A stretch of 59,055 nt of DNA, counting the filler, from Basidiobolus ranarum (Eukaryota), in the NCBI GenBank assembly GCA_040143965.1. It is 3 parts of 3 records of this genome, joined end to end, with 100 filler letters (N's around TTAATTAATTAA, not from the genome) between each part and the next. Parts side by side here need not be neighbours in the genome. Positions count along the whole stretch, not along the records: positions 39,491 to 59,055 come from JASJQH010007122.1; 2 more parts are not named here. One strand, 5' to 3'. Below, piece by piece: positions 39,552 through 51,817 of this stretch (position 1 is its first letter; each line of letters starts with the position of its first letter). Position numbers and translations under genes: made by a program. Under the pieces are notes generated by a model. It was not told the DNA's origin. It ran no database searches and worked only from the letters and a program-made list of their open reading frames with translations.

Positions 39552-39958
39552 CTCGCACAATGGTCTATTCATAAGCCAGGTTCACGCTTATTAGAGAACG
39601 AGCTACATGGATTCCCAACTCTCTCTGATTCCACCTTTACCTTGGATTACTCAGCAGGTGAGCTATCTCTTGGCGCCATGCAGCCCAGACAAGTGGCATT
39701 TAATTCAGAGGGAGACTATCTACTCTTTGCAGCGTCTAATAGAGGAGTAATTCATCAGGTATATCCATATGACAGCCCTAATCTTGACTGATTTTCATAC
39801 TAACTCCTACTTTGTAGACATTGGATGGTCAACGATGTATTGCACTGGGAACCCACACTAAAGATGTGGATTGTGTTGACTGGTCGCCACTTGGAAATAT
39901 GTGCTTGACTGGCTCTTCTGATGGTACAATTAGAATAAGTAGCCTAAGTAATGTATGA
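39552..39958 (+). CDS. WDR91: 3' end (last two exons) of a WD40 protein resembling WDR91/SORF-1
   Basis: LAQWSIHKPG...QVAFNSEGDYLL...GVIHQ|TLDGQRCIALGTHTKDVDCVDWSPLGNMCLTGSSDGTIRISSL*. This parallels my recollection of the WDR91 C-terminus (QWNIHK, FAFDSEG, VDWS, CLTASMDG). Confidence 0.72.
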
Positions 39959-40413
39959 TTCTAATATGTCCTCTACATTAGTGATATCCATCACTTTTTT
40001 GATTCATGTACACAATTTAGTCTTTTCATGGTTACCTTCATTCATTTCATTTATCTCTTATGATTATATATGTTGAAACAACAGCGTTTCAACACGGGAA
40101 ATCCGTACCATTTGATTAAAGAGTCATCTGTTCGTTCTCTTAAATGTGAGGTTTTTTTGTTTACTAGAAAAATAATACATATCTGGATGCTCTGTGGGCT
40201 ATTTCATAAAGTCGATACAAGAAGGGGTCTTACATGGGTAATGATAATGTTTACAGAAAGTTATACCTTTAGTACAGTGAAGACTAAAGAGTAAACATAT
40301 ACTATCCAATTGCTTATGCCAATATAAACGTAAATATTTGATTGTTTCAATTCGTCCATAAGTTGGTAGGCTACTGCAGAGAATCATATCGATGGAAAGA
40401 TATCTGTAGATAT

Positions 40414-41454
40414 TCACGGATGTCTGTGACCTTTAACTATGATGCCATTATACAGCACTCTTGAACTATTGAATAAAATGAGGTCTGTCTTCTTCAGCGT
40501 CAATTCTAGACCGTTTCTTGGATCGTGTAAGAAATCATTAAAGCAGTTGTATGCATAATACCACTCCTCCATGCAGCTGAATGGGATACCCACGGGAACC
40601 AACTCAAATTTGGGATTTCGCACCTTGGTAATATTCAAATAATCATCTTGAGTACGCGAATCCGAGGTGAGTTCGATGATGGGGGCATTTGTGACTTGAT
40701 TTAACTCCCGGAACTTTACCGTCACAGACGCTAGTAAGTCAATTATCCGACGGTCTTTCCTACGTAAATAAGTGGCAGCTTGAATACCATCAACAAAGAA
40801 ATGCTTTTCCTCTGTGGTAGTATCAGAGTGAGGAAGAAGAATATGAATATCTGGAGGAGTGTTTGGATATGTTGAGGCTTTAGTCAAGTCTGCACCAACA
40901 TCGATAAAAGGCCGAGTAGAGGGCAGTTTATGTTCAATACTAGCATCAAGATCATCGTTCGTGACTTTTTCATTACTATTTCGGATCAGGACAATACCAT
41001 GTGCTTTCAGTTTCTGAGCAACAGCTTGACGATACACCAATCGCCCTTCGTTAGACAGCTTCCCATCATCATTTGGATATAGTTTGATGAATTCTTGAAA
41101 ATCAATGGCCAACTTGGTAGAATTGTTTGTTATTTGTGTAAAGCGCCTATTGAGTGCATAATTATGTTCTTGGAGAAATGAATACTTATAGGTTGAGATA
41201 TGACCATCCTCCCACTCCATTATGAACTGATCTGCGTCCTCGTATTTGATCACTGTTCGAGGTAAAATGTCAAAAGGAATTTCACTTGAATCATTAATAC
41301 GTTCTTTAGTTTTCGGATGTAGACAGCCCTTGAAGCATAAGCAATTGTGTCGTAGCCATATATAATGGAAATCGCCATAGTCTTGGGAGTCAGAGAAGAA
41401 TATCCGAATGTAGTTCTCCCCGTAAAGAAAAGAATCCTTCTTGGTAGTAGGCAT
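40414..41454 (-). CDS. Gamma-butyrobetaine dioxygenase-like protein (GBBH-like N-terminal Zn domain + TauD fold), probably catalytically dead; 5' start uncertain
   Basis: FHYIWLRHNCLCFKGCLHPKTKER, WEDGHISTY, HGIVLIRN, FFVDG, APIIEL, LILFNSSRVL. A small upstream exon (41565-41511) may splice in frame. Confidence 0.8.
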   Translation of the reverse strand: MPTTKKDSFLYGENYIRIFFSDSQDYGDFHYIWLRHNCLCFKGCLHPKTKERINDSSEIPFDILPRTVIKYEDADQFIMEWEDGHISTYKYSFLQEHNYALNRRFTQITNNSTKLAIDFQEFIKLYPNDDGKLSNEGRLVYRQAVAQKLKAHGIVLIRNSNEKVTNDDLDASIEHKLPSTRPFIDVGADLTKASTYPNTPPDIHILLPHSDTTTEEKHFFVDGIQAATYLRRKDRRIIDLLASVTVKFRELNQVTNAPIIELTSDSRTQDDYLNITKVRNPKFELVPVGIPFSCMEEWYYAYNCFNDFLHDPRNGLELTLKKTDLILFNSSRVLYNGIIVKGHRHP

Positions 41455-42306
41455 AATCACTGGTTTTAACGTTTGTTAAGGCAGAACAGGTCTCTATTTA
41501 TTATGTATACCTTTGCAATTTCCCAAGATATGGCGCGATTTTCTTGTTACTTCATCGATGCATCCCTAACATATTTCATCATAGTCCATTCTCACCAGGA
41601 ATGAGATTAGTGGGCTCATTAAATGTGCAATTTATACTGTTCATATGACTACTTGAATCAACACTCGAATATAAATAAAATTGGACTCTAGCGTAGATCA
41701 TTGTCATGTTTGTATTGGATTTACAACGCTAGCTAGAAATCGAACAAGACTCTTGCAAAAATACGCAATCAGATGGGTACTATTAATGCATCTCTGGATC
41801 GTACTTTTTATGCTTGGGCTGCCTATTACATAGAAGCTGGATTCAATTCCCTTAGCCTGAATACGTGCTCGTATATCCAATGATCAATGTATTCATTAAT
41901 ATGATAGATGATACAAGCGAATAGTCCTCATATAAAATAGAAGTGGCCTACAAACGGTAGGCTCAGAGCAAATAACAGCTGAATCCACCACACCAGCTTA
42001 CTTTTCGTTGCTCGCTTTTGAAGAACATTCGAAATTGAAAAAGGATTTATTATTATAAAGTGAATGAAAGATCGAATTCGAGGTAGTTAATAAAAAGCCA
42101 TTTTTTATATCCAAGAATCATGTAATATCAATGGAGTAGATTGAGAAAGGTTTGACACTAACTTTTGGGATTTAATCTATACATGACAGAGTAGGTTATA
42201 GTAGCATGCTTTAGTGTAATCTGAGTATCAAACATATAACCATATTTCTTTTAAAAAGATACCTATTTTACAAGAGAAAGAGGCATAAGGCTTTGTTAGC
42301 TCTGAC

Positions 42307-43182
42307 TTAATCTTGTAATAGCCACTTTCGCTTTGCCGCTTCCTTCTTCTTCTTCTTACGCTCTTTAACAGCAGCTAGCTCCTTCTTGGTTAATCTAACT
42401 GTATGCTTGTTACTCCCACCAAATTGTAACCTCGATCCTCTTTCCTGTGCAAATGAGTCATAATCGAAGTAGTAGTTACATTGTCGGATGGCAATATTCT
42501 CTTGTCCGTATTTTTCAGGGTTCTGTGATAGGTCGGCTTGAAAACGCCCAGTATGAGTATTGAAAGACCCAGCAACTTTATAATCGTCAGGTTGAGCTGC
42601 GTACGAATCGACGATAGGAGCTGAGGCGGTTGAATGAGTATAAGGTTTATTGTAGTAAAACTCTTGTTCTCTCTCATCTCCTTGCTCTTCTACTGGTACT
42701 TCTTTACGTTTCTTACCATCCAAACGCTCTTTTATTTGGTCTGCTTTATCAAGTAAAGAGTCTAATGGATTAGAATATGCCTCTACACTGTAACCTGGAT
42801 AATTATACCCAGTGTATGAGTAATAATCGTTGGTAGATGCACCCGCTTTAAGCCTCGGGGGTATTTCCCATGTGGTTTCGTTTGTGACTGAATTCCAATA
42901 ATAATAGCATTTACTATTATCGTCCCAGACTGGCTGCCAAGCCTCAGATTCCTTTAGTTCAACTGATTCAGTTTTTTCTGAGTTTGTTTTAGAACCAACG
43001 TCAGAATTCTCGTTTTCAGACAATTCCTCATCTTGAGAGTTATTTTGTATTTGTTCAGAAGTTGTATTCTGTTCATCAACTACTGGAATCTCGTGTTTAT
43101 CGGGTCTATTTCTTAGTTCAGCAATTCTAGCTTCAAGAGCTTCATCGGGGCTTGAGGATCGGCTTGAAGATCGTGATGACAT
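42307..43182 (-). CDS. Conserved fungal WW-domain protein, intronless
   Basis: WW domain WQPVWDDNSKCYYYWNSVTNETTWEIPP; C-terminal FNTHTGRFQ...RQCNYYFD...LTKKEL..KERKKKKKE.KRKWL. Confidence 0.85.
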   Translation of the reverse strand: MSSRSSSRSSSPDEALEARIAELRNRPDKHEIPVVDEQNTTSEQIQNNSQDEELSENENSDVGSKTNSEKTESVELKESEAWQPVWDDNSKCYYYWNSVTNETTWEIPPRLKAGASTNDYYSYTGYNYPGYSVEAYSNPLDSLLDKADQIKERLDGKKRKEVPVEEQGDEREQEFYYNKPYTHSTASAPIVDSYAAQPDDYKVAGSFNTHTGRFQADLSQNPEKYGQENIAIRQCNYYFDYDSFAQERGSRLQFGGSNKHTVRLTKKELAAVKERKKKKKEAAKRKWLLQD

Positions 43183-45058
43183 GAAGTTAAGTAAAGAATA
43201 GAAATGCCATCTAACCGATAATCGAATAATAAATTTGTGAAATATTTTTGTAACCCAATAGATTATATCATAGAAAATTCTGGAATCATGTAGATTTTTT
43301 TATTATATCATGGAGAGAGATTGTTTAAGTTGAATAATGAATTATTACTTTCTAAGGTGTCGATGATTGGTTGAATGTCCATCTACTGCAATAAACTCTA
43401 TATGGTGCTCATCTATGAAAGCAATTCATATGGGGACATGGATTGCAAAGACGCTACATCCAAGTGAGAGTAGATACACTTTTAGGGGCACCTATTGAGG
43501 TTGAATCTATTGTCATCGGTCACATGCCACGTGGCTGAGGTAACGGTAACCTGGAGAACAAGAAGTGTTTAGGAGTGGGAAAGGATTCAGATTGCTGACA
43601 GACATCCACTGATCATATAGTATGGAGACAATTCAGATGGTGCTGGGAAGAACAATACTAACTGGGATTTCAGGGAGCTTAGAGAAATTGAGTTGGCCAA
43701 GTATGGAAGATCCAATTGCTGACTTGAGGTCCCCCTTGAACTGGGATGATAAATGAAGTTAGCACCACTTGATTGATTCCTTGTAGGAGTGACACAATTG
43801 ACTATCCATTAGATGTTTGAGAAATGGACCACCAGAGTTTCAGGAAAACCATCCAAAATGGAATCGATCTTTCTTCACCATTTGGAGATCGAATGGCAAG
43901 AATCAAGAGGAAGGCTCCGATTTTCTGGTGAGTTGGTGTTTCATCCATTAAAAAAGAAATCCATTGAAAACCGCTGTGCCTCTGGCATCCCCCCAAGTAT
44001 TCTAGATATATTCTTGCGGGAACGATATGAAAACTGGTTTGAGCAGAAAAAAATTCCACCCATCATACAAATCTAGATGGGTGAACACAAATGACTTGGA
44101 GCGAATTACAGCCCTCGAGATGTTTCGGCTTGTCATACGAAAAAGTCACCATTCAGTCCATGTGGGAGAAAATGACCGAAAACCAATGGTTTGAAGGAAT
44201 CGAGTCAAATTTAGAATTACTTGAGCGTGAAACATGCAGCTACCTTCTCGTCATAGGTCTGTACTAATTGCCAGTCCTCGCGGCCCTGCTACTAGGGATG
44301 CCATTATTTGCGTGTATCCTGAGGATATACCAGCTCAAAGTGAGTAATCCTATCAGGGTATTAGTAATTCCATATCATGTTACCTAAAGGATCCATTTCC
44401 CATTCTATTTTCCATCCACAACCATGAAAGTTCCATGTTTATTCAATTCATCGATGCAGTAAGCCAATTAGTCCATGATTTATCCATGGCCACTTCAGCG
44501 GTTGTTGATGGTAGATACGAGTTCTAATAACAACTGTTTAGATGATCCAAATCTTGCATGCCCTACCTCCACCGATTTCTCATCAGAATGAACTTTCGAA
44601 CAATCCCATAGTAAAAATATCGCTCTGGCTAAACCATCTTGCATGCTGTTGATGGTTGTTGACTTGCTGCCCATTTAGTAAACAGACGTTGGATGGCGTT
44701 GGTGGTTCAATATGTACAAATTAGGAGACCATAGAGGTGCTTCATCTTTCTCCCATGCCCAACTGTCTCTAGGTAGGATTGATCTGTAGGTCGATGAATT
44801 AAGGTCATGGTTTATTGTACTGACTTGACAAATAAATCATGAGGGTGAGGTGAAAAGATGAGGAATCGATAAATATATTTACATGGTGTTTGGACTTGGG
44901 TGAAGTGTCTCGTTGAGAGTTCAATAATATGTATACATGAAAGCAGCCCTTACTAAAAGAGCATTAGGATTCGAAAGAAAGATACTAAGTGAGTGGGGTG
45001 AAATGGTGCCCATCAACAAATCGGTGTATGGACTTCTATAGTAAGGAATCAATATTGC

Positions 45059-45953
45059 CTAGAAGACACCCTTGATGGAATCAGAGATAGTGCTAGCTTC
45101 TTCGGTGGGGTTGACGATAAATGCAATAGACAATGGATTAATGGGTTTCGTGGTAGTGGGCGAGCGAATGCAGGAGATGGGGGATTCTTGCGGGGTGATG
45201 ATTTCTTGTTGAGAATCTACGGAGAATCGACGATGGATATTAGAGTTGGGTGTATTAACAGGTGAGGGATACGGGCAGTATCTGCCGGAGCGACGGGATG
45301 AAAGGTTGGGCTTCGTTTGAATCTGTGGTTCAACATTTTTATGGGTGTGTGGTGCGGTGGTGGTGTGGTTGGGAGGTCTGCTGGCATAGCCTAATAATAA
45401 GGTAGACCATCTGGTAAAAGCGGCCACAGGTACAAAAAGTTGATAGTCAATCAATTGCAAGAATATCTGCTCGATGTGATTGATTTCGGCTACTTTGACA
45501 CCCATGATTTTGGCCCAGGCACGGTTCATATAGTTTTTGTCTTGCAAAAATTTGGAAGCAAGAATCAAAGCAGCAATGAACATCCTGCGATCACACTTGG
45601 TGAAGTTGGGGCCGGATCCAGAGCTCACGTACTTGGCCAGAGGACCTTTAATTCGAATTAGGTAAAGTAAGGCAACTTGAAGGACGGAGAAGGTGCTTTT
45701 GGAGCGACGGATTGTTTCACGGATGAAGTCTTTCAATGGAAGTACTCCAGCATCGAGAGGTTGGCGTGCTTGAGGCCAAATCGAATCAACAATAATGGCA
45801 GCAGCGTCTAGAAAAGAGAAAGGAGTCAGCAAATACTCGACACGCTGTTGAAGAATCTTCATACTTACCAATTAATCCCTCGACTGCAGTTTGTCTTTTG
45901 ACAGGGCCAACATGATCGACAGTTGGGCAGCTTCTGTTATGAGCACGGAACAT
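45059..45953 (-). CDS. Pho85-family (Pcl/Pho80-like) cyclin (exons 45953-45869, 45807-45059)
   Basis: Cyclin box FIRETIRRSKSTFSVLQVALLYLIRI...RRMFIAALILASKFLQDKNYMNRAWAKI...EINHIEQIFLQLIDYQL; S/T/P-rich tail. Confidence 0.9.
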
Positions 45954-48900
45954 GGTTTGGAAATATTCGAGGTGATATAAAGATATTGGAGAGGATATGT
46001 GTTCGGAATCTTAAAGATCAAGCGAACGATGGATTTGGTGTATTGCTTTTCTGTACAGAGGAATGAGAATTGCGATTAGTGTAGGCAGACTCCAACCTCT
46101 TATAGCAGACTCACAATTGAGTCGTTGTCTCACTACCGCAGAGCAATATCACTAGTGGCCGCATAGAAATCCAATCCGCTATGATCATACCCAATTGGGC
46201 GCTTGATGAATTCGGGCAGATTGTGGGTCAGATGGAAGCAATCAAACTGCGACTATACGATCACCATCTGGAATTGAGCGCAGAATGGGGCCATGAAAAA
46301 AAGGAAATCCAGAACTTGTATGAATTCTGATTCCATTTCCCTCATACCATCCCACCCTAATTAGGTAAGACTTCGTAGCTAACTATTCTCTGATCCGTTC
46401 TCAGGATTGCAGGCGGTAATCCCAGATATGGGTTCCAACCGGCGCCATCCGTCCAATTGGCGCAGGCATAGAGCTTCGAATCACCAGAAAAGCATCCAAG
46501 AACTCCATTGCAGCATGGTGATCTCAGATCCTACGGAAGGTCAGGGATCGATGCTTGGATTGTTGTTCTTGCACCATAACATCAACTTTGGATCGCTTCC
46601 CAGTCCGCATCCCATATTGCGGTTAGACAATCGCACACTCAATGTCGTATCTTATGGGAATGACCAATATGGTATACACACTCGCAACGTACAAGCATTT
46701 CCAGAATAACACCGCTGAAGCTGCAGTATGGCATGGGAGCTGGGGTAATGGTATCTCATAAGCCTCAATCGGCTGGCCAGTTCTGTTGGCAGTGACATCG
46801 ACATTTCAATGTGATTTCAACTCAGCTCAACTGTCTGCAAGCCGAGTCAAGTTTCACGATCAAAGTCTCAACGACCATCGCCCAATGAAGCCCTCGATCA
46901 AAATTCCACTCTTCCTCATTTGTTGGGTCGCTTTTTCCATATTTCACGCACAGAGACGCCACTATGTTAATACGAAGGGGATAGCACTGCTCATCAACCA
47001 AAACTCCGTTCTTACCAGGGTCCAGTGACCGCCTACAAATCAAATCTACCTTGCTGTGAGGCTCCTGTCTTTTGAACTTACTGATTTGATATAAGCAGAG
47101 TGTCACCCTGGGGCGTTCAAGTGTTTCATACAGAGTCAAATTCTCAACTGATACTAATCAAGGACTATTATTTGCTATTTAATTCTTTCATCTATACTAA
47201 GTGAAATCAGTACCTCGCCAATCACCATGAACAAGCTATCATAATGATGGACAATCCTTTTAGGACATATTATACAGTATCAATGCTTATTATGGCACCC
47301 AATGTAACCTATGTTGTTACATTCGAGCCTCTGAATACTATCTGACCAGCATATGGTGCTTATTGACGCTGAAGGAGACATTAATACTCAACAAGCCATG
47401 CCGGCCTCAGTGTACTTTAGGTGGCTTCCATGAGAATCATTGCAAAATAGAAATTTGGATGAGCTACAATTTGTGGGATATATTTTTGCCACCTGCGCGC
47501 AAACCCCAATTGTTGAGAGATGGCTGCTCTGATTTAAGTGTTGCCGAGACAATTCTGAAGTTAGACTATACTTGGCCTAATATCTACTGCTGATGACTTC
47601 AGTATAAGATTGTCGTGCTAATCAAAGTGAACCCCAAGAGAGGTGGATGTAATCTAATCGAATGTATTCTAATACCTGTGTTCTCTGCTCATTAACTGTG
47701 TATTCTCTCGTGCATCACTGGAAATGCTACGGCTTGATGACATAAATCTCAGAGAAAATAAAGATGCATGGTCTGTGCCAATCATCTATCGTTTCAGCAA
47801 ACTAACGCCATTGTCGCATCCTTTAGTTGGACGGTATACATGATGTGGGTGTCAAACATCCTTAGAAAATCATTCGGATAGACAGTACTTTGGACTTGGG
47901 GAGCTTTCCATATAAGTCTAGTATCATAGAGGTGATTGTGAAAGAAATACGAGTAGAGAGTGACATGAATAAATGTATGGTTTCAGTGGCGTGCTTGCAT
48001 GAGGATGCACATCCATGCATATTCCAAAGCTGTCAATATAGCATACTATATTCGTCATTCAGTCTTGGTCACCCTTGAATTTAGTAACACATACCTTAGA
48101 GTCAACAGCAATACTGCTTGCACATATTTCAGACTGAAGTGTGATTTCGCCTTTTTTTGAAGCGTCGTAAAATGATTTTAATTGATTTGATTTTCGTCAT
48201 CACTTAGCACTCAATGTGTCAACCGGTCTCTACTTGAAGTTGACTTTCTGAAGTTTACTATATAGGAGAGCTCGATATGACGACCATTTCATTCGGATAT
48301 GCATCGGCTCAACCCAAATTCACATGACAACCGTTCATTGAGATCCAACGCGGCTACTGATGGTTTTTCTGGCTACCCTCCAGGGCCCTGATCTATTGGT
48401 TTTTTAATAATATGAATATCCCCGTGTCATGCTCTATAGCTTTGACATATGGAAGGGAAGGCAGAGATAAAACCTTATCAATATTTAGATAGTATCCGGA
48501 TAGATGCATCATCTGCATGGATTATGCGAAGAGTGGACTCATCGATGTTGAGTTTTGAGGCGTCAGAGCTACATGTATGATCAACACAGGTTACACCAAT
48601 AGTAAGCAACATAATGTAGAATGTCTTAACTTGAGAATATACTCTAGAGACGAGAGCTAGCATACGCAGTAGATCAGTTCGCATTGTATTAAGAGATGAT
48701 GGGTTTACAAACGTCATCCTAGTAAGCGTCCTAGTAACAACATTCTCTGGGTATTCTGACGTAAAGAGAATATTTTCAAGCAACCAGAGCATGGCTTGTT
48801 GGAGTTCATGTGTGCTTGGCTACATTCGATTTCACATGGTTTATTCCCTACTTTGCGTGTAGTTACAATAACATGTGCCTCAACTCCTGAATTCACTTGG

Positions 48901-50632
48901 ACTTGTTATTCCTAGAATCAAGGATTTGATTTGCCAAGGATAAGTCACTGCTGTGTTCATAACTCCCATCAGCCTATTCCAAAGTCACTATTATCGAATT
49001 ATATTTATCGCACCATCGATAGTGCCGGAAAAATGGCTAAAAACCCTTTAAACTAAACCAAATGAATTCGAAAAAAAGATAATCTGCAATTCCAGTAGAT
49101 TTCGGCGAAGTACCCGATTAACGGCGAGAGCGGCTCAGCTTATGATTGATGAAGTGTGAGTCATAGTGACAGAGGGATCCTAAATTGTATTCCATAATTA
49201 TCATCACCAACTTAAGCTGCAACTGGAAACGTAACAAATCTGGTAAAGTATGAAACGTGTATTTAGCTACTATTGCTCCAAGCTCAACAATCAGCCAAGC
49301 GGTTACATTTCTATAGTTCCTATGGTTGGATAATCCATTAATTTCTTGAGATGAATCGTAGATATACATTGTCATACCTGTTGAATCTTCCTTGTGTTCC
49401 GGAGTTCTATCTGTTTGCTTGTGCAAGTCTAAGTAAACATCTGACATTTTGGCATACATAAATATTTACCAATGAGTACAACAAAGTACACTTTCCACAT
49501 ACCTACAGAACGCGATCTCTACAAGGAACTCTTGGATCGTTGAAATAGTATCAAGAATACATGCTGTCTCCCCCGGTGCATTATTTTAGCTACTCAAGTC
49601 TCACCGTTTGTATGATTTTGAGAGCTTCGCTTGACAGATAATCACATTTTCAGTAAAATATTGAATAGATTTTGATTTACGGATAATCCGACAATCTATT
49701 TGGCTCCCATATCATGATGTTCCTATGAATGCGTCACGAGGTTTGATTTACCATTGATATCAGAATGTCCTCTAAATCAGCATTGTTGATGAAGACGCTA
49801 ATAGTAAATGGTCAATGTGCTTTTTATCCGGCAAGACTAAGATGTCAACAAACAAGCGTTACTTCATTTCTTCTAATTGCTGTTTAAATTTAAATCTTAA
49901 GTGATGCTACCAGAAATTGCTGTGCATCAATGTATAGGTTCTTTGCCAAGTATAGTACAAGCTCTCAGTATGCCACTCAAAGCAAAATCTCTTCTGCATA
50001 GCCCAACTTTTGATAGCTCTAAGAGTCTGCACCTCATCACCTTCTCGGTAACAGTGTCCTTAGTTCACTCCTGGATAATTCCTCATGTTCTGGCATATAC
50101 TGCAGTCTGCTTTGGTCAGTAGGCTTTGAGATGGACAGGATGCAAGGTCTGTGGTCAGTGGAGATTAGAAATGGCCCGATCAAGATAATGTGTGACTAAA
50201 GCTGAGCCATACAAATGAAATCTTCCGTAACTGTGGGAAAATTCTTATCATCGAATCCCTTCATAATATTGAGTTTGTCACGAATCATGTCACAAGGCAG
50301 CCCTCATGAGCAATTCTAAGTATCAATTGACTAAGCCAATCGTATAAAGTAATTCCGCTACTTTTAATACAATTAAAGAGTAGTCATTTTATAGTTTTAA
50401 CCACTGATTTTAGGGCAGAAAGTGATTCAATAGGAAGACAATAATCAAATTTGTAATTGCTTTTCTAAACGTATTGAATAAGTGATGTTAGGAGTTCAAG
50501 TTTGGAAAATTTTCTAATTATGCTTAGTCAGAAAATGATCAATATCTGGGAAAATTCCATGCGTAGGTGAATATATAAAGGAAATGAATATTCAACAAGG
50601 TAATTTTTGTCATTGCCTACAACGTTCTAACA

Positions 50633-51406
50633 ATGTTCTCACGTGTATTATCAAGAGGATTCTCCAGAGGAGTTGGGTCTTTCAATAGACGTTTATATAG
50701 TGTAGCTACCAACACTAATGAGAGCAGAGGTACCGGAGCGAAGGCCCTAGGCGCTGTAGCTTTAACTGCTGGTTTAGCTGGCGCAAGTATTACTATGTAT
50801 GCCACCACAAATGACAATTTATTCCCAAAACACTCGGTTATTCATGACCTAGATTCTCTAACATTGCAGCAAGAACATGAAACTCACAAATTAACCTTGG
50901 AACAACAACGTGAAGATTTAGATCTTGTTAAGAAGTTAAGAGCATCTCCTGAGCATGTTTGTATAGAGTTCAGCGCCTCCAAGCCTAAGACTATCTCTTC
51001 AAATGGAAGTCTCACTAGACATACACTCAAAGGAAAAGACAAGCTTGCTCTAGAGCCTATTCTTTTCCGTAATGAAGAAGAGAAGTCCCTCGTCATAGTC
51101 ACTCATCTAGGAAAAGCTTTATGTGGTCATAAAGGCATTATCCATGGTGGCCTACTTGCAACTTTGCTAGATGAAGGCCTAGCTGCTACCGTATTTCCTT
51201 CATTACCTGGCAAGAATGGCGTGACCGCTAACCTCAATATTAATTATCGGAAACCTGTGATGGCCGACCAATTCATATCTATAAACGCTAAAGTGACTAA
51301 GGTTGAAGGACGCAAAGGTTGGGTCGAAGCTCAAGTCAAAGACTTGAAAGGTAATGTCTTAGTAGAAGCCAGTGCGCTATTTATCGCACCAAAATATTTT
51401 GCTTAA
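50633..51406 (+). CDS. Mitochondrial hotdog-fold (PaaI/4HBT, THEM4/Fmp10-like) thioesterase, intronless
   Basis: Arg-rich presequence; HLGKALCGHKGIIHGGLLATLLDE; VTANLNINYRKP; EGRKGWV. Confidence 0.9.
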   Translation: MFSRVLSRGFSRGVGSFNRRLYSVATNTNESRGTGAKALGAVALTAGLAGASITMYATTNDNLFPKHSVIHDLDSLTLQQEHETHKLTLEQQREDLDLVKKLRASPEHVCIEFSASKPKTISSNGSLTRHTLKGKDKLALEPILFRNEEEKSLVIVTHLGKALCGHKGIIHGGLLATLLDEGLAATVFPSLPGKNGVTANLNINYRKPVMADQFISINAKVTKVEGRKGWVEAQVKDLKGNVLVEASALFIAPKYFA

Positions 51407-51817
51407 TATCGTCGAGTCCAATTGACACCATCAGGAAGATTATTCTTTTATTGAAAAGGGTATTATTTATTCCTCCCTTCTCCCAACATTTGTATACTAT
51501 TTTATCATTTCCTCCGGTTATATGTTGATTACCCTCCATTGCGTTCGAGAGTGTGGCCTTTAATAAATATTTACGAGTTGTCTCACACCATATTTTGTCG
51601 TTTGCATGTTGATCTAGTATGACAATTTACAATTTTCCAATATACAGGATTGATTGTACAGATGACCTAAATCTCCCAATTGAGGAATGTTTGTCACAGG
51701 AGACGCTGCATAATTGACGAGTGGGCTAATGGTCTTTCCAGGTGGTTAAGTTTGCTATTTTAAGAATGCAGTATTTGCGGCAAAGATTAATAAGTATGGC
51801 TTTATTACAGTAAGGAT

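Noticed and set aside
22039-41454. Carnitine gene cluster (carnitine acetyltransferase + GBBH-like gene)
   Set aside because: The genes are on different contigs separated by an artificial join.
46822-47139. SLDPG as a TnpB/Fanzor RuvC-I motif
   Set aside because: A single short motif in a 105-aa ORF, with no RuvC-II/III, zinc finger or element ends.
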